Shown here piece by piece: positions 1-13,531 of a stretch of 64,000 nt of DNA. The stretch is from Octopus vulgaris. Its lineage: Eukaryota. The position numbers and the translations under genes were made by a program. The DNA lies in the NCBI GenBank assembly GCA_951406725.2, contig OX597815.1, positions 83,266,001-83,330,000 on the forward strand, read 5' to 3'. Every line of letters begins with the position of its first letter. Positions within the stretch are counted from its first letter, which is position 1. Under the pieces are notes generated by a model, which saw only the letters and a list, made by a program, of their open reading frames with translations, did no database searches and had not been told where the DNA came from.

Positions 1-885
1 AGGAAGTGAATTTCTTTGGTCAGCATGTAATGCATGTCTACCTTGATGGCGTCTTGAAATTTCTGCAGCAGAAAAGCATATTCCCCGTTAAATGTGGTGC
101 CCTTCGCCAAAAAATCCATTCTCAATACTCCACAAGGGTTTCAAAAGACTGTGAGCATCACCTTGCTGAGGGTTGGTGACGAGCCTTCTTTGGAAGTGGT
201 GAGTTATCATGCTTCCATTTCTTCGACTGGACTTTATTCTCAGGATCATAATGATGTATCCATGTTTCGTCCTGTGTGATAAGTGTGCCAAAAACAGTTC
301 TTTTCGTTTTCTTGGTACATTGCTAAAAGATCCTGGAAGTAATTGACTCGTTGTTGCTTCTGAAAATGTGTGATTATCCGGGGAATCCATCGTCCAGAAA
401 ACTTCCACATGTGCAAATGGTCGTGAATGATTTTTTCCACGGACCCAACACTTATCTTCACTTCTTGGGATAGTTGCCGAATAGTTATGCGGCTACCACT
501 TTATGGATGATGTCGGCATCAATGGCGGAATGTGGTCGTCCAGGAATAGGAGCAGTCTCCACCGATGTCCGATCACATTTCAACTGGTAATGCCAGTGCT
601 TGACTATGGCGTATGATGGTTTATCGCCATTGTAAACCCCTTTCATCTCATCGAAAGTCTCTTTTGGTGTACGACATTTCAAGTATAAGAACCTGGCCAC
701 TGATCTGCATTCAACTGCCTTCATTATAACACCTTAGTCCAATTCAGCAGCCGTTAGTGACATGCGAACACTAGTGGACAGCTGCAATTTACGATGTGAC
801 GTGTCGAGCGATATATGATAAAGGCTGTACAAGTTCCATTTCCTGGAAGAACTGAAAGTGGGTCAGGGGAAATACTGAACGAAGA
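1..885 (-). mobile_element. Mariner (Tc1/mariner) transposon remnant: frameshifted transposase plus 5' UTR/degraded terminal region; runs off the window start
   Basis: ORF 485-724 has a mariner N-terminal HTH region (RSVARFLYL...VKHWHYQLKCDRTSVETAPIPGRP). ORF 246-461 has the WVPH-like motif SGRWIPR. Downstream frames give ETWIHHYDPE and VMLTVF-like segments. Stops and frameshifts are present. Confidence 0.9.
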
Positions 886-904
886 GCTGGACGGAATGTC
901 GGTC

Positions 905-1010
905 AGTCGCAGGTTTACTCATTTTAATTAGCTGAGTTAACAGGAGCAACGTAAAACCACAGTCTTACGACCATCAGTCCAACACCTTAACCCCTAAGTT
1001 ACGCGTCTCT
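905..1010 (-). mobile_element. Fragment of a tRNA-derived SINE
   Basis: The segments actcattt...agctgagt...ggagcaacg and accttaacccctaag...cgcg resemble the reverse of the SINE heads/cores at 10195 and 56920. Confidence 0.45.
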
Positions 1011-1015
1011 CTATA

Positions 1016-1060
<45 letters not shown>

Positions 1061-2290
1061 CCGCACACAAACAAACTTACGTCCATAGATTCCAGTTAAA
1101 GTTATTTCTTTACGCTTTATATGGCACAACTTTTATTAAAAAACGATTATTATTGTTTTATTACATCACAATTTTTAAAGCACTTGCTGTTGAAGTTAAC
1201 TTTATTAAAAATCAAAACTAAATAAATTAGAAAAAAATAACAATTTTTCGATATATGAAGAGTTCCTTTGTTGTAATAAAAGAGAAGAATTCTGTCTGTA
1301 ATTACGGTGTAGCCTGAAATATATTTAATTATTCATAACTCATTTATATTTTGACATATAAAGTGTCAGAATCAAATTTTGTTATATGCCCATGACTATG
1401 TACAGTATTATTAATATAGGGTTTATTAACAGTCACACAACTGCAGATCTCATTTCTTATAAGTGGTGTTAGCATACAGATTCCCATTTACCGCTTTTTT
1501 ATAAAATTGTTTACATATATTTGCTCAAGTTAGGATCAAAATTAGATTACATTAGATTAAGAAGGCTTATATAACACAGTCATAACTATGCGTAGTATGT
1601 AATATAATTTAATTAAATACTGAAATATACGATTTACTCTCATTTTACTTTTCTTTTTTTTGCTTAGCTACGGAAGAAAATAATACAAGATAATGATTAC
1701 TTTTTTAAACTGCTTAAGTAATAGATCTAATACTTTGGCATATTACAATGTTAACGAACGCTAGGAAGTTACTCTTTTTATCTACAGCAGAGGTTCAGAG
1801 GCTGGTGTTTTCGGATTATCTTTCCTTGACACGTTCAGGAAGGATTCATATACCACAACACGGGGTGACACAGAAACTGTGGCCTGAGAATTTCAATCAA
1901 TTGAAATGTATATGACATGGATAGGTTTAGAAACAATAGGATGAATCATCACAGTGCTTAGTGTGTAGCTATATATTGCATACGCTTCTGTGTGTATGAA
2001 CATTTATTAATATACACACACACACATAAATACATATATACATATATTTGTATATATATATATATATATATATTTCCATAGTCTTCAAATAGATAGGACA
2101 TTCTCCTTTTTTCGATCTGTCTTTCTGTCTGTCTGTCTGCCTGTCTCTGTCTGTCTGTCTGTCTCTCTCTCTTCTTTTGTGAAGTCTCGGTAGGTAGTAG
2201 CTGATCTGAAACAATAGTGTGTATGGGTGCAGAGAAATATTTGGTTCTGAAGTTTCATTGCAGCAGCCGCCGAAGAGGAAGGAGGGGAAG

Positions 2291-2374
2291 AAGGAGAAGA
2301 GGAAGAAGAAGAAGAAGAAGAAGAAGAAGAAGAAGAAGAAGAAGAAGAAGAAGAAGAAGAAGAAGAAGAAGAAG
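2291..2374 (+). repeat. (GAA)n microsatellite
   Basis: Direct reading; it produces the spurious poly-R/K/L ORFs. Confidence 0.97.
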
Positions 2375-2379
2375 ACGGG

Positions 2380-3295
2380 AGTGGTATGGTCCAGTAGTAC
2401 AGGCTGTCCGTGGACCTAAATGTGACCGGTTGTGGTTGCAGAAATAGTGGTAGGAACTGTTCTGAATAAATTCTTGGGTAGCAACTGTTCTCAATATATC
2501 CATCTTTTTTAATATTTGCGTGGGTATTATTCTAAGATCCTTGAAGTAGTGTAATCGGTGGTGGTTCATATTTTGCGATAACATGATTCTTTACTAACGC
2601 GCTGATTACAGATTGCATCGTCCCTAAATTTATAGAGGGGAAAAATTCTAAACTTGCGTTTTTCATTAGTGGTGCAAATGTCCATGTGTTCTCTTAATGT
2701 CATTTTTCTGTATTCCCGTATTTTAATCTATGTACGATTATCCTCTGGCGTAGACTAATTTTAGCGTCACCAATGTATTGCTTTCGACACCCTGAGCAAG
2801 TTAACACGTATATCAGGCTTTCCGAAGAACATGTAAAGCTGTTTTTCACTGTAAAACATTGAATGTGGTTGAAGGGGAACTCCAATCCCTAAATTAGTTT
2901 GACGCATATACGACAGTTAGGTCTAACGCATTTCTTTACTGTCGGTTTTGATATTGATGACGAATGTACTTGAGCTTGTGTAAGAATACTTCTCATTGTC
3001 TTGGCTTGTCTTTTGCTCTTTATGATGGTGTACGTTTGGAGGATTCGATTCATTCTATGGTTCCTTTTTAGTAAAGGAATGTTCTGGAGGATGGTGTCGA
3101 AGGCCTCATTCTTTAGAGGGTTGTGTGTGGATATGTATGGTAGGGCTTTTTGGTTGTAATTCGTTCTTTAGTTTGGGATGACTTAATTCGTGTATGTCGA
3201 ATTGTAGAACACTTTAAAAACCTATATCAATTAGTGATGGTGGGTGATTCCTCCTGATGGGTGTATCCTTTAGCTCATGTAGTCGTGTGTCTCTG
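2380..3295 (-). mobile_element. Penelope-like element 3' part (thumb/linker, CxxxxCxxC, GIY-YIG endonuclease), degenerate
   Basis: Minus-strand translation gives RDTRLHELK...LPYISTHNP...IIKSKRQAK...KCVRPNCRIC. ORF 2700-2885 gives FTCSSESLIYVLTCSGCRKQYIG...LRQRIIVHR, a GIY-YIG signature. Confidence 0.88.
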
Positions 3296-3299
3296 GTGA

Positions 3300-3975
3300 T
3301 TTTAGTTAAGGACGAAATATGTGAAGCGCAAAATTGACAACAAACTGAGAGCGACAAACGCAAGATGTGGTGAGAGAGACATAGCACATTTTTAGCGAAT
3401 GCCCGAAATTGGCACAGCAGGATTACAAAAGACGACATGTCGATGTGGCAAGAATGATCTATAGGCAGCTCTGTAGAAGTCACGTCCTACAAAGAGCAAA
3501 GACGTGGTATGATCGTATACCAGAAGGAGTTACCGAAAATGAAAACAAAAAAAAATCCTGTGGGAAGCAATGATGCAGTGTTACCATCACATCAAACATC
3601 GGGAATCGGACAGTACCGTGATGAACAAAAAAAGAAAAAGAAGTTGTATGAAGTTGACACAGAATGTTCCGATTACAACAGGAACAAAGAGAAAAAGTGG
3701 GGAATACGCAAGTTGTGTGCAATGAAGCAGGTCGACGTGATACCTGTGGTAATTGGAGCGCTAGGAAGTATCAGCGCTCAACTACAAACGTGGCTGAAAA
3801 TGATTGGTACAAATGTAAAAATAGAACATCTATAAAAGTCCTCATTGCTTGGAACTGCAAGAGTTCTCTGCAGGGTTCTTGAAGTGCGATCTGTAAACAC
3901 GTGTCACCTTTGTCTGCTGACTGTGGACAGCTGATACTTTCCATCATACCCAGCAAAGTAAGCTGAGAGCTTTAA
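3300..3975 (+). mobile_element. R4/Dong-like RLE non-LTR retrotransposon 3' fragment, degenerate
   Basis: Translations SECPKLAQQDYKRRH (zinc knuckle/RHD region), VIPVVIGALGSIS and KSSLLGTARVLCRVL, followed by a short 3' UTR. Confidence 0.82.
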
Positions 3976-4515
3976 TTAAAAACCAATAGAAATTTTGTAA
4001 TTGTGCTCCGAGGCCGATACATGACTAGCATTTTGTTTCAACAACCAAAATGCGATAAGAAATTCGACGAGTGTGCGATTTGAACTGGGAATGTAAAGCG
4101 CCTGAAGAAATGCTGCTAAACATTTTGTCCGTTGCGCCAACATGTTTGTCAGTTCGTTGTTTGTCAATGCTTCTTGCAGCTCGCTGTCATATATTGGTTC
4201 CCGGTTTTGACATTTATAGGGAGAGGTTAAGTCGATTACAACGACATCAATGCTCAATTGTTATTTATTTTATTGAACCTGAAAAGATGAAAGACAAATT
4301 TGACTACATCGCAGTTTGATCTCGAAAGGGAAAGAACCGAAACAAAATTTCACTAATCATTTCTCCGACGTGCTAACAATTCTACCAGCTTGCCTCGGTT
4401 ATAGATTCAAATTTTGACACACGGTCACGGATTTTAAAAGAAGCATTAATCGATAACAACGATCCCGGTAATTGATTAGTTCTTTATTTTATCAACCCTG
4501 AAAAAGATGAAAGCT
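3976..4515 (-). mobile_element. Cluster of degraded copies of SINE family A
   Basis: Repeated degenerate blocks (tattttatcgaccc-gaaagatgaaag, atttgaact, tgctaac) match the cleaner copy at 8804-9024. Confidence 0.65.
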
Positions 4516-4870
4516 CTGTTCATTGTGCAACTTCATGAGTCAATTCGATTTCATCACAAATTCGAAAATAAATATTGTGATTCATACAGATCGCGGGAGA
4601 TGTAACGACTCTTATTCGGTGTATGCTGCTGAATACACCCAACACAACTTGATTTATGTTGGTCGAACATCAGAAAAATGAAACACTATTTTAATGTTTA
4701 GAGGTATGACGTCACACTCAATGACACTCCTTCGATGAAACGAGCAGACCATTTTTGCACAAATGATTTTAACTGTTGACAAATGCATCAGAGTACAAAT
4801 ACTCAGAAAATACTCAAACCTCACTAAAATTTGTGTTCTGGGAACACATGAATTACAGGTGTCATACCCC
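4512..4870 (+). mobile_element. Penelope-like GIY-YIG endonuclease fragment (second family)
   Basis: Translation CSLCNFM...GRCNDSYSVYAAEYTQHNLIYVGRTSEK*: a CxxC followed by VY...IYVG, the GIY-YIG motif pair. Confidence 0.6.
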
Positions 4871-5154
4871 TGCTTGGAGATGAAGAAAATGATGGAAGAT
4901 TTTTCTCACATTTATACAAAACATTTAGACAAGCACTTCTCTCTCCTTTTATTATTTTTTTCCTTTTTTTCTTCTCTTTTATTTTTTTTTTGTCATGTTC
5001 TAACTGACTACGAACAAACGACATTTGATGGTACCTTTTTATCTCTCGTTTTCAGTGTTCTTGTTTTATTTTCAACCTAAAAATTATACACACACGCGCA
5101 CACATACACAAGCAAGAATACGCACATACGCACAAACACAGTTATATATGTGTG

Positions 5155-5268
<114 letters not shown>

Positions 5269-5796
5269 GATACGTAGGTATACATGAAAAAATATATAGA
5301 TATTCTACACATACATTCAAAGCTTTATATCACATCCACATTTGAGTGGCTGAGCTGCTATTTCAGTACCAAGATATTATTCTGTCATGTGCGAGGCATC
5401 CTCATTTGTGGACTGGGCAGATTATGCTTTCGTTTTAGACTTCAGGGAATTCACCAGACCCAAGGAAATTCTGAAAGAATTCTGCATGTTTTTTGTGAGA
5501 GCTTTCTCGCAAGTCTTTAAAAGAACAATCGGAACTCTATCTGGGTCCATTTGTGAGTTCGTGTTCATCTCATCAATGGTCGATATTACATCATTTTCTT
5601 CTTTGTCGATGGTTGGTTCTTTCCCATACTGAGCGGTAGTATTGAAAATTTCACCAGGTTCCCTTATTTCGCCGTGAAGAGATAAAGACACTCTGGAATT
5701 CTATATTTAGCACTTTACTTATGCTCCTGAGGTCTGCAGTTAGAGAGTCGTTTGTTCAAACATTAGCCCTCAGTACTACAACACAGCTGATGTACT

Positions 5797-5990
5797 TACG
5801 CGTACAAATGCAAATTATCAGGGCTTTATCGATCGCATTCTCACGTGGAATCCATTTTTGTAATTTTTTCAAGACTTATACACGCTCTTATAAGGTCGGT
5901 ATCTACATATCAAATTTGAGCGTAATCGGATGGAGGATGCCCGAGATCCTAGAAGACACACACACACAGAACGGATTTTATATAATAGAT
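5797..5990 (+). mobile_element. Probable non-autonomous Helitron/Helentron-like 3' end
   Basis: caaatttgagcgtaatcgg...(CA)n cagaacggattttatataatagat has the layout of microsatellite-bearing non-autonomous rolling-circle elements, and it interrupts a LINE. Confidence 0.45.
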
Positions 5991-6035
5991 AGGCGCAGGA
6001 GTGGCTGTGTGCTAAGTAGCTTGCTTACCAACCAA
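5991..6035 (+). mobile_element. 5' tRNA-like head of SINE family E
   Basis: aggcgcaggagtggctgtgtgctaagtagcttgcttaccaacca, containing an A-box-like TGGCNNNGTG. Confidence 0.6.
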
Positions 6036-6516
6036 AGTTGTAAAAGCATTTAGGATCAGTTGTTATATTTTCCACCACCTTGATTACTCTTCTACTTTTT
6101 GCGTTTTCATTGGAGAGTCTGAGTGTATTATCGGTCTCTACGAGTACATCTTACAAGAAGGATTTCTCTATATCATTGAGTTGTTTTTTTAATCAATCGG
6201 GCATCTTCAGTTTCATAAGGCCTCTCCTGTTTCAGAGAATGATGTTCTTGTCTGCAAGTCTCCAATCTCTGGAACAAATGGCTCGCAGTATTGACACTAA
6301 TTCCTAAAGTTTCATACATACACACACACAAATACACAAATATATACATATAGATAGATAGATATGCTGACACAAACAGGTAGAATAGAACAAAATAGGA
6401 TCATACGTATATTTTTATAAATATTTAGGAGAAGCAAAAGCGTGACTCTAGGTTTAAGAGTTTCGAGTATCAACGCGCGAAACTCACGGACCTAAATATT
6501 AAGTTATATTCTTTTT

Positions 6517-6575
6517 ATGTATGTATGTATGTATGTATGTGTGTATGTATGTATGTATGTATGTATGTATGTATG

Positions 6576-6612
<37 letters not shown>

Positions 6613-6635
6613 GTATGTATGAATGTATGTGTATA

Positions 6636-6679
<44 letters not shown>

Positions 6680-6701
6680 CATACATACATACATACATAC
6701 A

Positions 6702-6735
<34 letters not shown>

Positions 6736-6745
6736 CATACATACA
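6517..6745. repeat. Compound self-complementary microsatellite (TATG)n-(TA)n-(CATA)n
   Basis: Direct reading. Confidence 0.95.
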
Positions 6746-7079
6746 TGTTTATAGCAATTTGGGACACTCAGAAGTTATGAAAATGCAGGTACAAACTATA
6801 TCAAATGACGTATTTCTTTCAACTTGCACATAATAGTGGTTATGTAGATAAAGATGGCCAGTAACAGTTTATCGAGGAAGCATTACACAAGTAACATTTA
6901 CATTTAGAACGTCACATTTCAGTTAGTTAAAATGTTATGCCTAGTTTTGCTAACATTTTTTTTCTGTCCAAGCATCGAATATGTGTGTATGTGTGGGCAT
7001 ATATTCCTTTGTGTCTTAATATATGCGTGTGTATGTGTGTATGCGCACATGTATAAACATCTCTCTCTCCCTCTCACTA

Positions 7080-7127
<48 letters not shown>

Positions 7128-7597
7128 AAAAACAAAAGACGTAGACAGGTGTATTAGATTCACGCTCGGAAAGGTGCGAGTATCTATGTATCTGTGTATG
7201 TTGTTTTATTGTAGCAATTACGTGGTTTACAAGTCCTCAAACACATGACATACACAGACATGCACGCGAATATGTTTCGGTGTCTATGAGAAAATTAATT
7301 CAACTCAACCTCAATGATATGCTCACAATTTTAGAGAGCTGAATATGAAGAAAATCATAAAGACACAAAGATTTATGTGTGTACATGTTAGAGCTTGAAA
7401 GGCGTTCCTTCATAAACTAATTCACTACTTTAATATACTTATTCCGTTTCTCATTGTCAACATACGGATGTTACATTTTGTGGATTCTGTTGAACCATTG
7501 AAAAGATATAGTGGAAATCTACCCGTGTTCGTCTTCCGGATATTAATGGTGTGCATTTGTCGGGCGATATATTTTTATAATAAAGCAAGTTGATATG

Positions 7598-7631
<34 letters not shown>

Positions 7632-7640
7632 GGTATATAT

Positions 7641-7986
7641 GGAAGCACTCCGTCGGTTACGACGACGAGGGTTCCGGTTGATCTGAATCAACGGAACAGC
7701 CTGCTCGTGAAATTAACGTGTAAGTGGCTGAGCACTCCACAGACACGTGTACCCTGAACGTAGTTCTCGGGGATATTCAGCGTGACACAGAGAGTGACAA
7801 GGCCGGCCCTTTGAAACACAGGTACAACAGAATCAGGAAGTAAGAGTGAGAGAAAGTTGTGGTGAAAGAGTACACCAGGGATCACCACCATCCCTGCCGG
7901 AGCCTCATGGAGCTTTAGGTGTTTTCGCTCAATAAACACTCACAACGCCCGGTCTGGGAATCGAAACCGCGATTCTACGACCGCGA
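7641..7986 (-). mobile_element. tRNA-derived SINE family B, 5'-truncated
   Basis: GC-rich island between TA repeats. The minus strand begins tcgcggtcgtagaatcgcggtttcgattcccagaccgggcg, with a B-box-like GGTTTCGATTCC. Confidence 0.75.
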
Positions 7987-8017
7987 CCTAATGTATATAT
8001 ATACACACACATATATA

Positions 8018-8053
<36 letters not shown>

Positions 8054-8100
8054 AAAGAAAAGAAAGAAACAAAGAAGGAAAGTAAAATGCATACATAGAT

Positions 8101-8161
<61 letters not shown>

Positions 8162-8803
8162 AACGTATTATTTAGAAATAAACTTCAGTTCTGGAAAGAA
8201 GTTCAATAAACATTTTAAAAAGTCACGTCTTCAAACGTTTCTCTGATGAATAACAAAGATATCCGACTAAAAGTCTCATCCCTTTCTGTTTAGTTTTACT
8301 TCAATATATATTATGGAATTACTTTGAATCATAAATGAACCAAGTGACTCCTTTTAAAAATTATTTCTACCGTACAGCGCACCATATTAATATCCGGGAT
8401 AGACAAACGAGAAAATATATATTCTGAAACGTTTATGGGAAAACACACATCAAACATCCGTGCTTTTCGAATGATAAAGAATATTAAATTACAAATTATA
8501 TTTAAGCTAGTGAGACAATTTAACAAGCAGAATTGTATATGGTTAGAAAATCAGTTTGGGTGTAAACAAGGAATAACATGAGTGTCGAAATGTTAGGGTG
8601 AGTGAGAGGGCGTGATGTGAATGTGTTTTTGCATATGATAAACATGTGAGTTTGGAAAAATGATAAGTAATCTCTTTATTGACGTTTCCAGTAGCGGTAT
8701 ACAGTAATTCAGAAATGTGAATGGAATGAATTATATGACTCTGCAGTTCTCCCATTCCTGTGTACGGTGTAACCAATTTCAGGATGTATGTATATAATAT
8801 ATA

Positions 8804-9024
8804 TTTCTTTACTACCCACAAGGGGCTAAACATAGAAGGGACAACAAGGAAAGGCAAAGGGATTAAGTCGATTACATCGACCCCAGTGCGAAACTGGTAC
8901 TTAATTTATGGACCCCGAAAGGATGAAAGGCAAAGTCGACCTCGGCGAAATTTGAACTCAGAATGTAACGACAGACGAAATACGGCTACGCATTTCGCCC
9001 GGCGTGCTAACGATCCTGCCAGCT
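8804..9024 (-). mobile_element. SINE family A monomer with candidate 12-bp TSD
   Basis: The minus strand reads agctggcaggatcgttagcacgccgggcgaaatgcgtagccgtatttcgtctg...gagttcaaatt (B box)...gcctttcatcctttcggggtc...agtaaagaaa. gtatataatata flanks it at 8790-8801 and 9029-9040. Confidence 0.88.
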
Positions 9025-9419
9025 GACAGTATATAATATAGTTTTCGTTAAGTATTCGTCTACATTATTAAAAGGAGGTATTATTTACAAGGAGTGCATC
9101 CCCGTTTGGCATAGATTTTCTGCTTGTCTTTGCGTATGGATAACTTCTCCATTATGTTTTGACATCATTGTTCATCTCTCCAAATTTGAGTCGAGAATAG
9201 TGTCATCGTTTCGTGTATTGTGGGCTTGGGACTTAAAAGTAATCAACTACTATACGAACTACCCCACACGCATGCATTTATACTCACTGAATTATATTTA
9301 CATGGTCTGAAAAGCAAACGAAGTTCCGTTATTTTAGAGTGCTATTATTTCTAACTAGTCGCCTTTCTACTTTCTTCGGCAATATTGAGCTTTTTTTTCG
9401 CTTTTTTTCTGTTGCCAAT

Positions 9420-9950
9420 TTTTATTTGAAAAGAAAAAAGACCCCAATAAGGCGTGAAGCCACTTACTGAAGCCGACATTGAAGGCGGAAAATGAAGATG
9501 AAAAGAATGGAGATACTTTAAACTAGAAAGAGGTGGAAGAGAATTCCAAAGCCTGGCACTTTGAGGGTAAATGCTTAAACTTGGAAGCACAAAACTATTT
9601 GAATAAATACGTGGTAAATCTCGAGCGAGGCGAGATAGAAAGATGTGATCTGGAACTAAGACAGGATGTACATCACAAAACGTCCTGTGATAATAACAAT
9701 AGAAAAGACTAAAACTATGATAACAATAGAAAAGACTAAAACTGACAACGTCACTTCGAAGTGACAAGGGCTGCAACGTTGAAGCAACAGAGAAATCAGC
9801 CAGTTTAGAAACTTGCTTCTTTCGAAGATGCAAGAGGATTCACCTGGCTAAATATAACAACAACATTCCATACAAGTAGAAGGTGTGGACTTGTAAAGAT
9901 ACAAAATAGCCTCATATGTCAGATACTCTTCTCACATATGGTGGTATATG
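9420..9950 (-). mobile_element. CR1/L2-group LINE 3' end
   Basis: ILYLYKSTPSTCMECCCYI (LYKS..RP.MEYCCHIW-like), LQPLSLRSDVVSFSLFY and ARLWNSLP, then an AATAAA tail. Confidence 0.8.
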
Positions 9951-10023
<73 letters not shown>

Positions 10024-10075
10024 ATATCTATCATTCTATCTACCTATCTATCTATCTATCTATCTATCTATCTGC
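9950..10075 (+). repeat. (TCTA)n microsatellite
   Basis: Direct reading. Confidence 0.95.
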
Positions 10076-10194
10076 CTATAACATATATAAGCATTTATAA
10101 ATATATATATATATACATATATACATTTTGTGCGTATATGCATATACATATGTATATTTATATATGTATCTGTGTGTGTGTGTTTGTGTATAGT

Positions 10195-10517
10195 GAAGGC
10201 AAATTAGAGTGTCGAACTTACGACCGTGAGGTTAGGAGTTCGAATCCCGGGCCGGGCTGCGTGTTGTGTTCTTGAGCAAGACACTTAATTTCACGTTGAT
10301 CCAGTTCACTCAGCTGTTGAAATGAGTTGCGACGTCACACGTGCCAAGCAATATCGGCCTTTGTCTTTACCTTGGATAACATTGGTGGCGTGAAGAGGGG
10401 AGACCAATATGCATGGGCGACTGCTGGTCTTCCATAAATAACCTTGCCCGGATTGTGCCTCGGAGGGTAACTTTCTAGGTGCAATCCCATGATCATTCCT
10501 GACCGAAGGGGGTCTCC
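10195..10517 (+). mobile_element. tRNA-derived SINE family C
   Basis: B box GTTCGAATCC at 10238-10247 and a gtgttcttgagcaagacac core. A second diverged copy lies at 63005-63310 on the minus strand. Confidence 0.85.
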
Positions 10518-10519
10518 GA

Positions 10520-10550
<31 letters not shown>

Positions 10551-10736
10551 TGATGTATACAAAATTCAGAGGAATGACCACTGAAAAGGACATCCTGTAT
10601 GCTAAACATAGACGTCAAATTATTATTACCACGAATAATCTGTTCTCAAGAAAAAAATCTCAGCAAAACGCCAAAGTGTAAAAATAAGCAAGACAAATGA
10701 AAATATACGAAAACCATAGTACGTAGGCAACCGTAT

Positions 10737-10858
<122 letters not shown>

Positions 10859-11029
10859 ATGTATGTATATAAATGAATATATGTGTGTGTGTGTGTGTGC
10901 TTATGTATACACACGTATGTGTGTGTCTTCTGCATTTAATCATTTAAATTTTTCCTCTCAAAAAGGAACTGTTTTCTGACAAAGGTACAAAGTTCCATCT
11001 TTGGAATGTAGATTACGAAAACAATGTCA

Positions 11030-11950
11030 CATTTTAAACGTGTGAAAGTCTTACATAGCTTTACTCTTCCGCTTACAGATTGTATTTCTAGTGTGCGAAT
11101 CAGTTGGTTGATTTCTTTTTCTGAAAAGCTCAGCTTATCCAGTCTGGCAGGTAGTTACATACATAATCAAACGCTTCAATTATTATTGGTATTGATGTAA
11201 ATTTGTAATCCGGATATAGAAGCTGGATGTTTGAAGCAGTTGACCATAGTTATCTTCTTTCTCGTCGATTTTCAAAGAGATATTCATGTTAGCAGGACAA
11301 CTGAACTCAATGATGGTGCGTATTTTTTCTAGTCTGTCTGAAACAGTATCATCTGGCCTGTCATGTTTACACTTGACATGTTTTGATGGGGATGTTCTTC
11401 CATTATTCCCTGTGGTGGTATTTGTGTACTTATTCAACAACAGGGGAATTTTCTATACCTTTTCCAGGACAGTAGTTTTTTCCGAATGGTATTGTAAATT
11501 GTTTTCGCGACATCAACATGTCGCATACGGAGGTGGTACCTTGATGTCCTTTTTGGGCAGGTGCTAATTACATGTTCGATGTCTTCCTAAAGAAATATAA
11601 CATAGCATACATTTAGAGATGCATCTTAGAATACCAAGGGCTTCACTGTCTCTTCTGTTGATTAGGTATCTAGTAGCACTCACCGGTTCTTAGATTGGTG
11701 AATTATTGGGTACATTTCTCTTAAGTAAAATGAGCAGGTTTTATGAAACCTTTTCCCTCTCATATCTGCAATATCATTTCCAAAACTAAAACACTTACTC
11801 GCCTGAGTACAGCATAATTATCGGTTTTTACCTACTTACTTGTATAAAATACTAGGTTCATGGTGTACAGTACTGAGTTCAGCATTTTATCGCCAAAGAA
11901 TCGACCGGCATACTGACGAAATTCGTCATTAAATCGAGAATCTAGTTTTG
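11030..11950 (-). mobile_element. RLE-type (R2/R4 group) non-LTR retrotransposon 3' fragment, degenerate
   Basis: ORF 11183-11440 KCKHDRPD...IIEFSCPANMNISLKIDEKEDNYGQL carries a PD..E..K RLE-like motif. The C-terminus reads LEIQSVSGRVKLCKTF. Confidence 0.7.
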
Positions 11951-12268
11951 ATTGCTGTCAATTCATCACGGCTGGTGTGCAATAGATATTTCTACCGCAA
12001 ATAAATGGCGTAGAAGCATTTTTTGCAATGTGCATATGCAGGTATGTCCTGCTTATATCTTTGTGAACAGAACAACACCCACCAAATCTTTGTCAAAATG
12101 CGTTGCATAGGAAATGTATTAAACATGCGTAAACTATACAACCACATGTACACCCAAAGAAACTATTTTCCATATGTAAACGCTCATGTATATTCGCTTC
12201 AAAACAGAAGACTCGAGCTTAAAAATGCAGTTGCATATTATAGTTTGCACATGTATAGGTATTAGATT

Positions 12269-12351
<83 letters not shown>

Positions 12352-13500
12352 CTGTGTGCGCATGCATGTGTTATGCATGCAGCATATGTTTCTCATTGAA
12401 TCCATTTTGCTAGTATAAGTTCTTTAAATATGACTAAGTGATTGTACATATTTTAGCCAATTTGTACACGAGATTGATTTTCCTCTGTGCAATACGAGTA
12501 TGTATATCTACATGTGTTTATGTATGTATGTATGTATGCATGTATGTATGTATGTATGTATGTATATATATATATATACATATATATATATAAACATATA
12601 TATATACATATGTATATATATATATATACATATATGTATACATACACATATATACATATATCTACAGATATACATATATATATACATGCCTACTTATTCA
12701 CACAGTACACATACGAACGCATATCATGTATAATGTCTTAGTGTACGTGCGTTGATATCTTTCTGTAGCAATATATGCTAAGGGCATCGTATGTTTATTT
12801 CTTAAAATTTAATATTTCCCTGCGAATAAATTTTTGTTAAATTTACTGTTTCTTTATATCCTTGACAGCGGTTTATAATTATACGTTTGCAGAACTGTAC
12901 ATGGCGAATAAGATTTATCTTTATATTTAGTGTATACATATGTGCTACGAGCATATATAATGAATAGGTATGGAAGACTATTTGTACATATTTAAACATA
13001 AGGGTCAATATATGTTATTACATGTATTTCATATCCCTCTGTGAACGGTAATATTTACACAGTACTACGCAACTACCGCTATGTAAAATTCAATAGAAGA
13101 ATATAGAAATGATTTTTCAGTTTATTAAAGAATGAAAAGTATTATATATATAGCGACACTCGTATAATTACACACAGACTAAAACACATTACATTTTCAC
13201 ATATACATGCTTATATGTATAATATATGCATTTCTCATATACATACGCTCACTAACAGATATGTGTGCGTATGTGTGCGCATATGTGTGTGTGTATGTAC
13301 CTTAATTTATTTATAAAAAATATTCATCTTTATTTTCTCTACATATATACATTTGTATATATATGCACATACATGTAAGATTTTTAATGCATACCTCTAT
13401 TTATGAATATGCATAAACACACACATATTCATAAGCTCACCCACACACATATATATACATATACGTTTATATATATATATATATATGTGTGTGTGTATGT

Positions 13501-13531
<31 letters not shown>

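Larger units (their letters stand above)
5380..6310 (-). mobile_element. CR1/L2-group LINE ORF2 fragment (linker to RT start), interrupted at ~5797-6035
   Basis: VENITTDPKCFY...LTADLRSISKVLNIEFQSV...DVISTIDEMNTNSQMDPDRVPIVLLKTC...IICPVHK matches the conserved region preceding LINE RT (GPD, PIHK). Confidence 0.7.

Noticed and set aside
1788-1887. Possible terminal exon (pyrimidine tract + cagcag, RGSEAGVFGLSFLDTFRKDSYTTTRGDTETVA*)
   Set aside because: No recognisable protein similarity and no partner exons; it needs RNA-seq support.
2217-2447. Protamine-like poly-Arg ORF
   Set aside because: It arises from the (GAA)n tract, starts at GTG and runs into a PLE remnant.
8675-8716. Minus-strand hammerhead-like relic (ctgaatta...gaaacgtcaataaa)
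   Set aside because: The core deviates from CUGANGA and stems I and II are mismatched. It may be a decayed PLE end but is not supportable as a ribozyme.
10195-10260. tRNA gene candidates at SINE heads
   Set aside because: A/B boxes are present but there is no complete cloverleaf, and they continue into SINE bodies.
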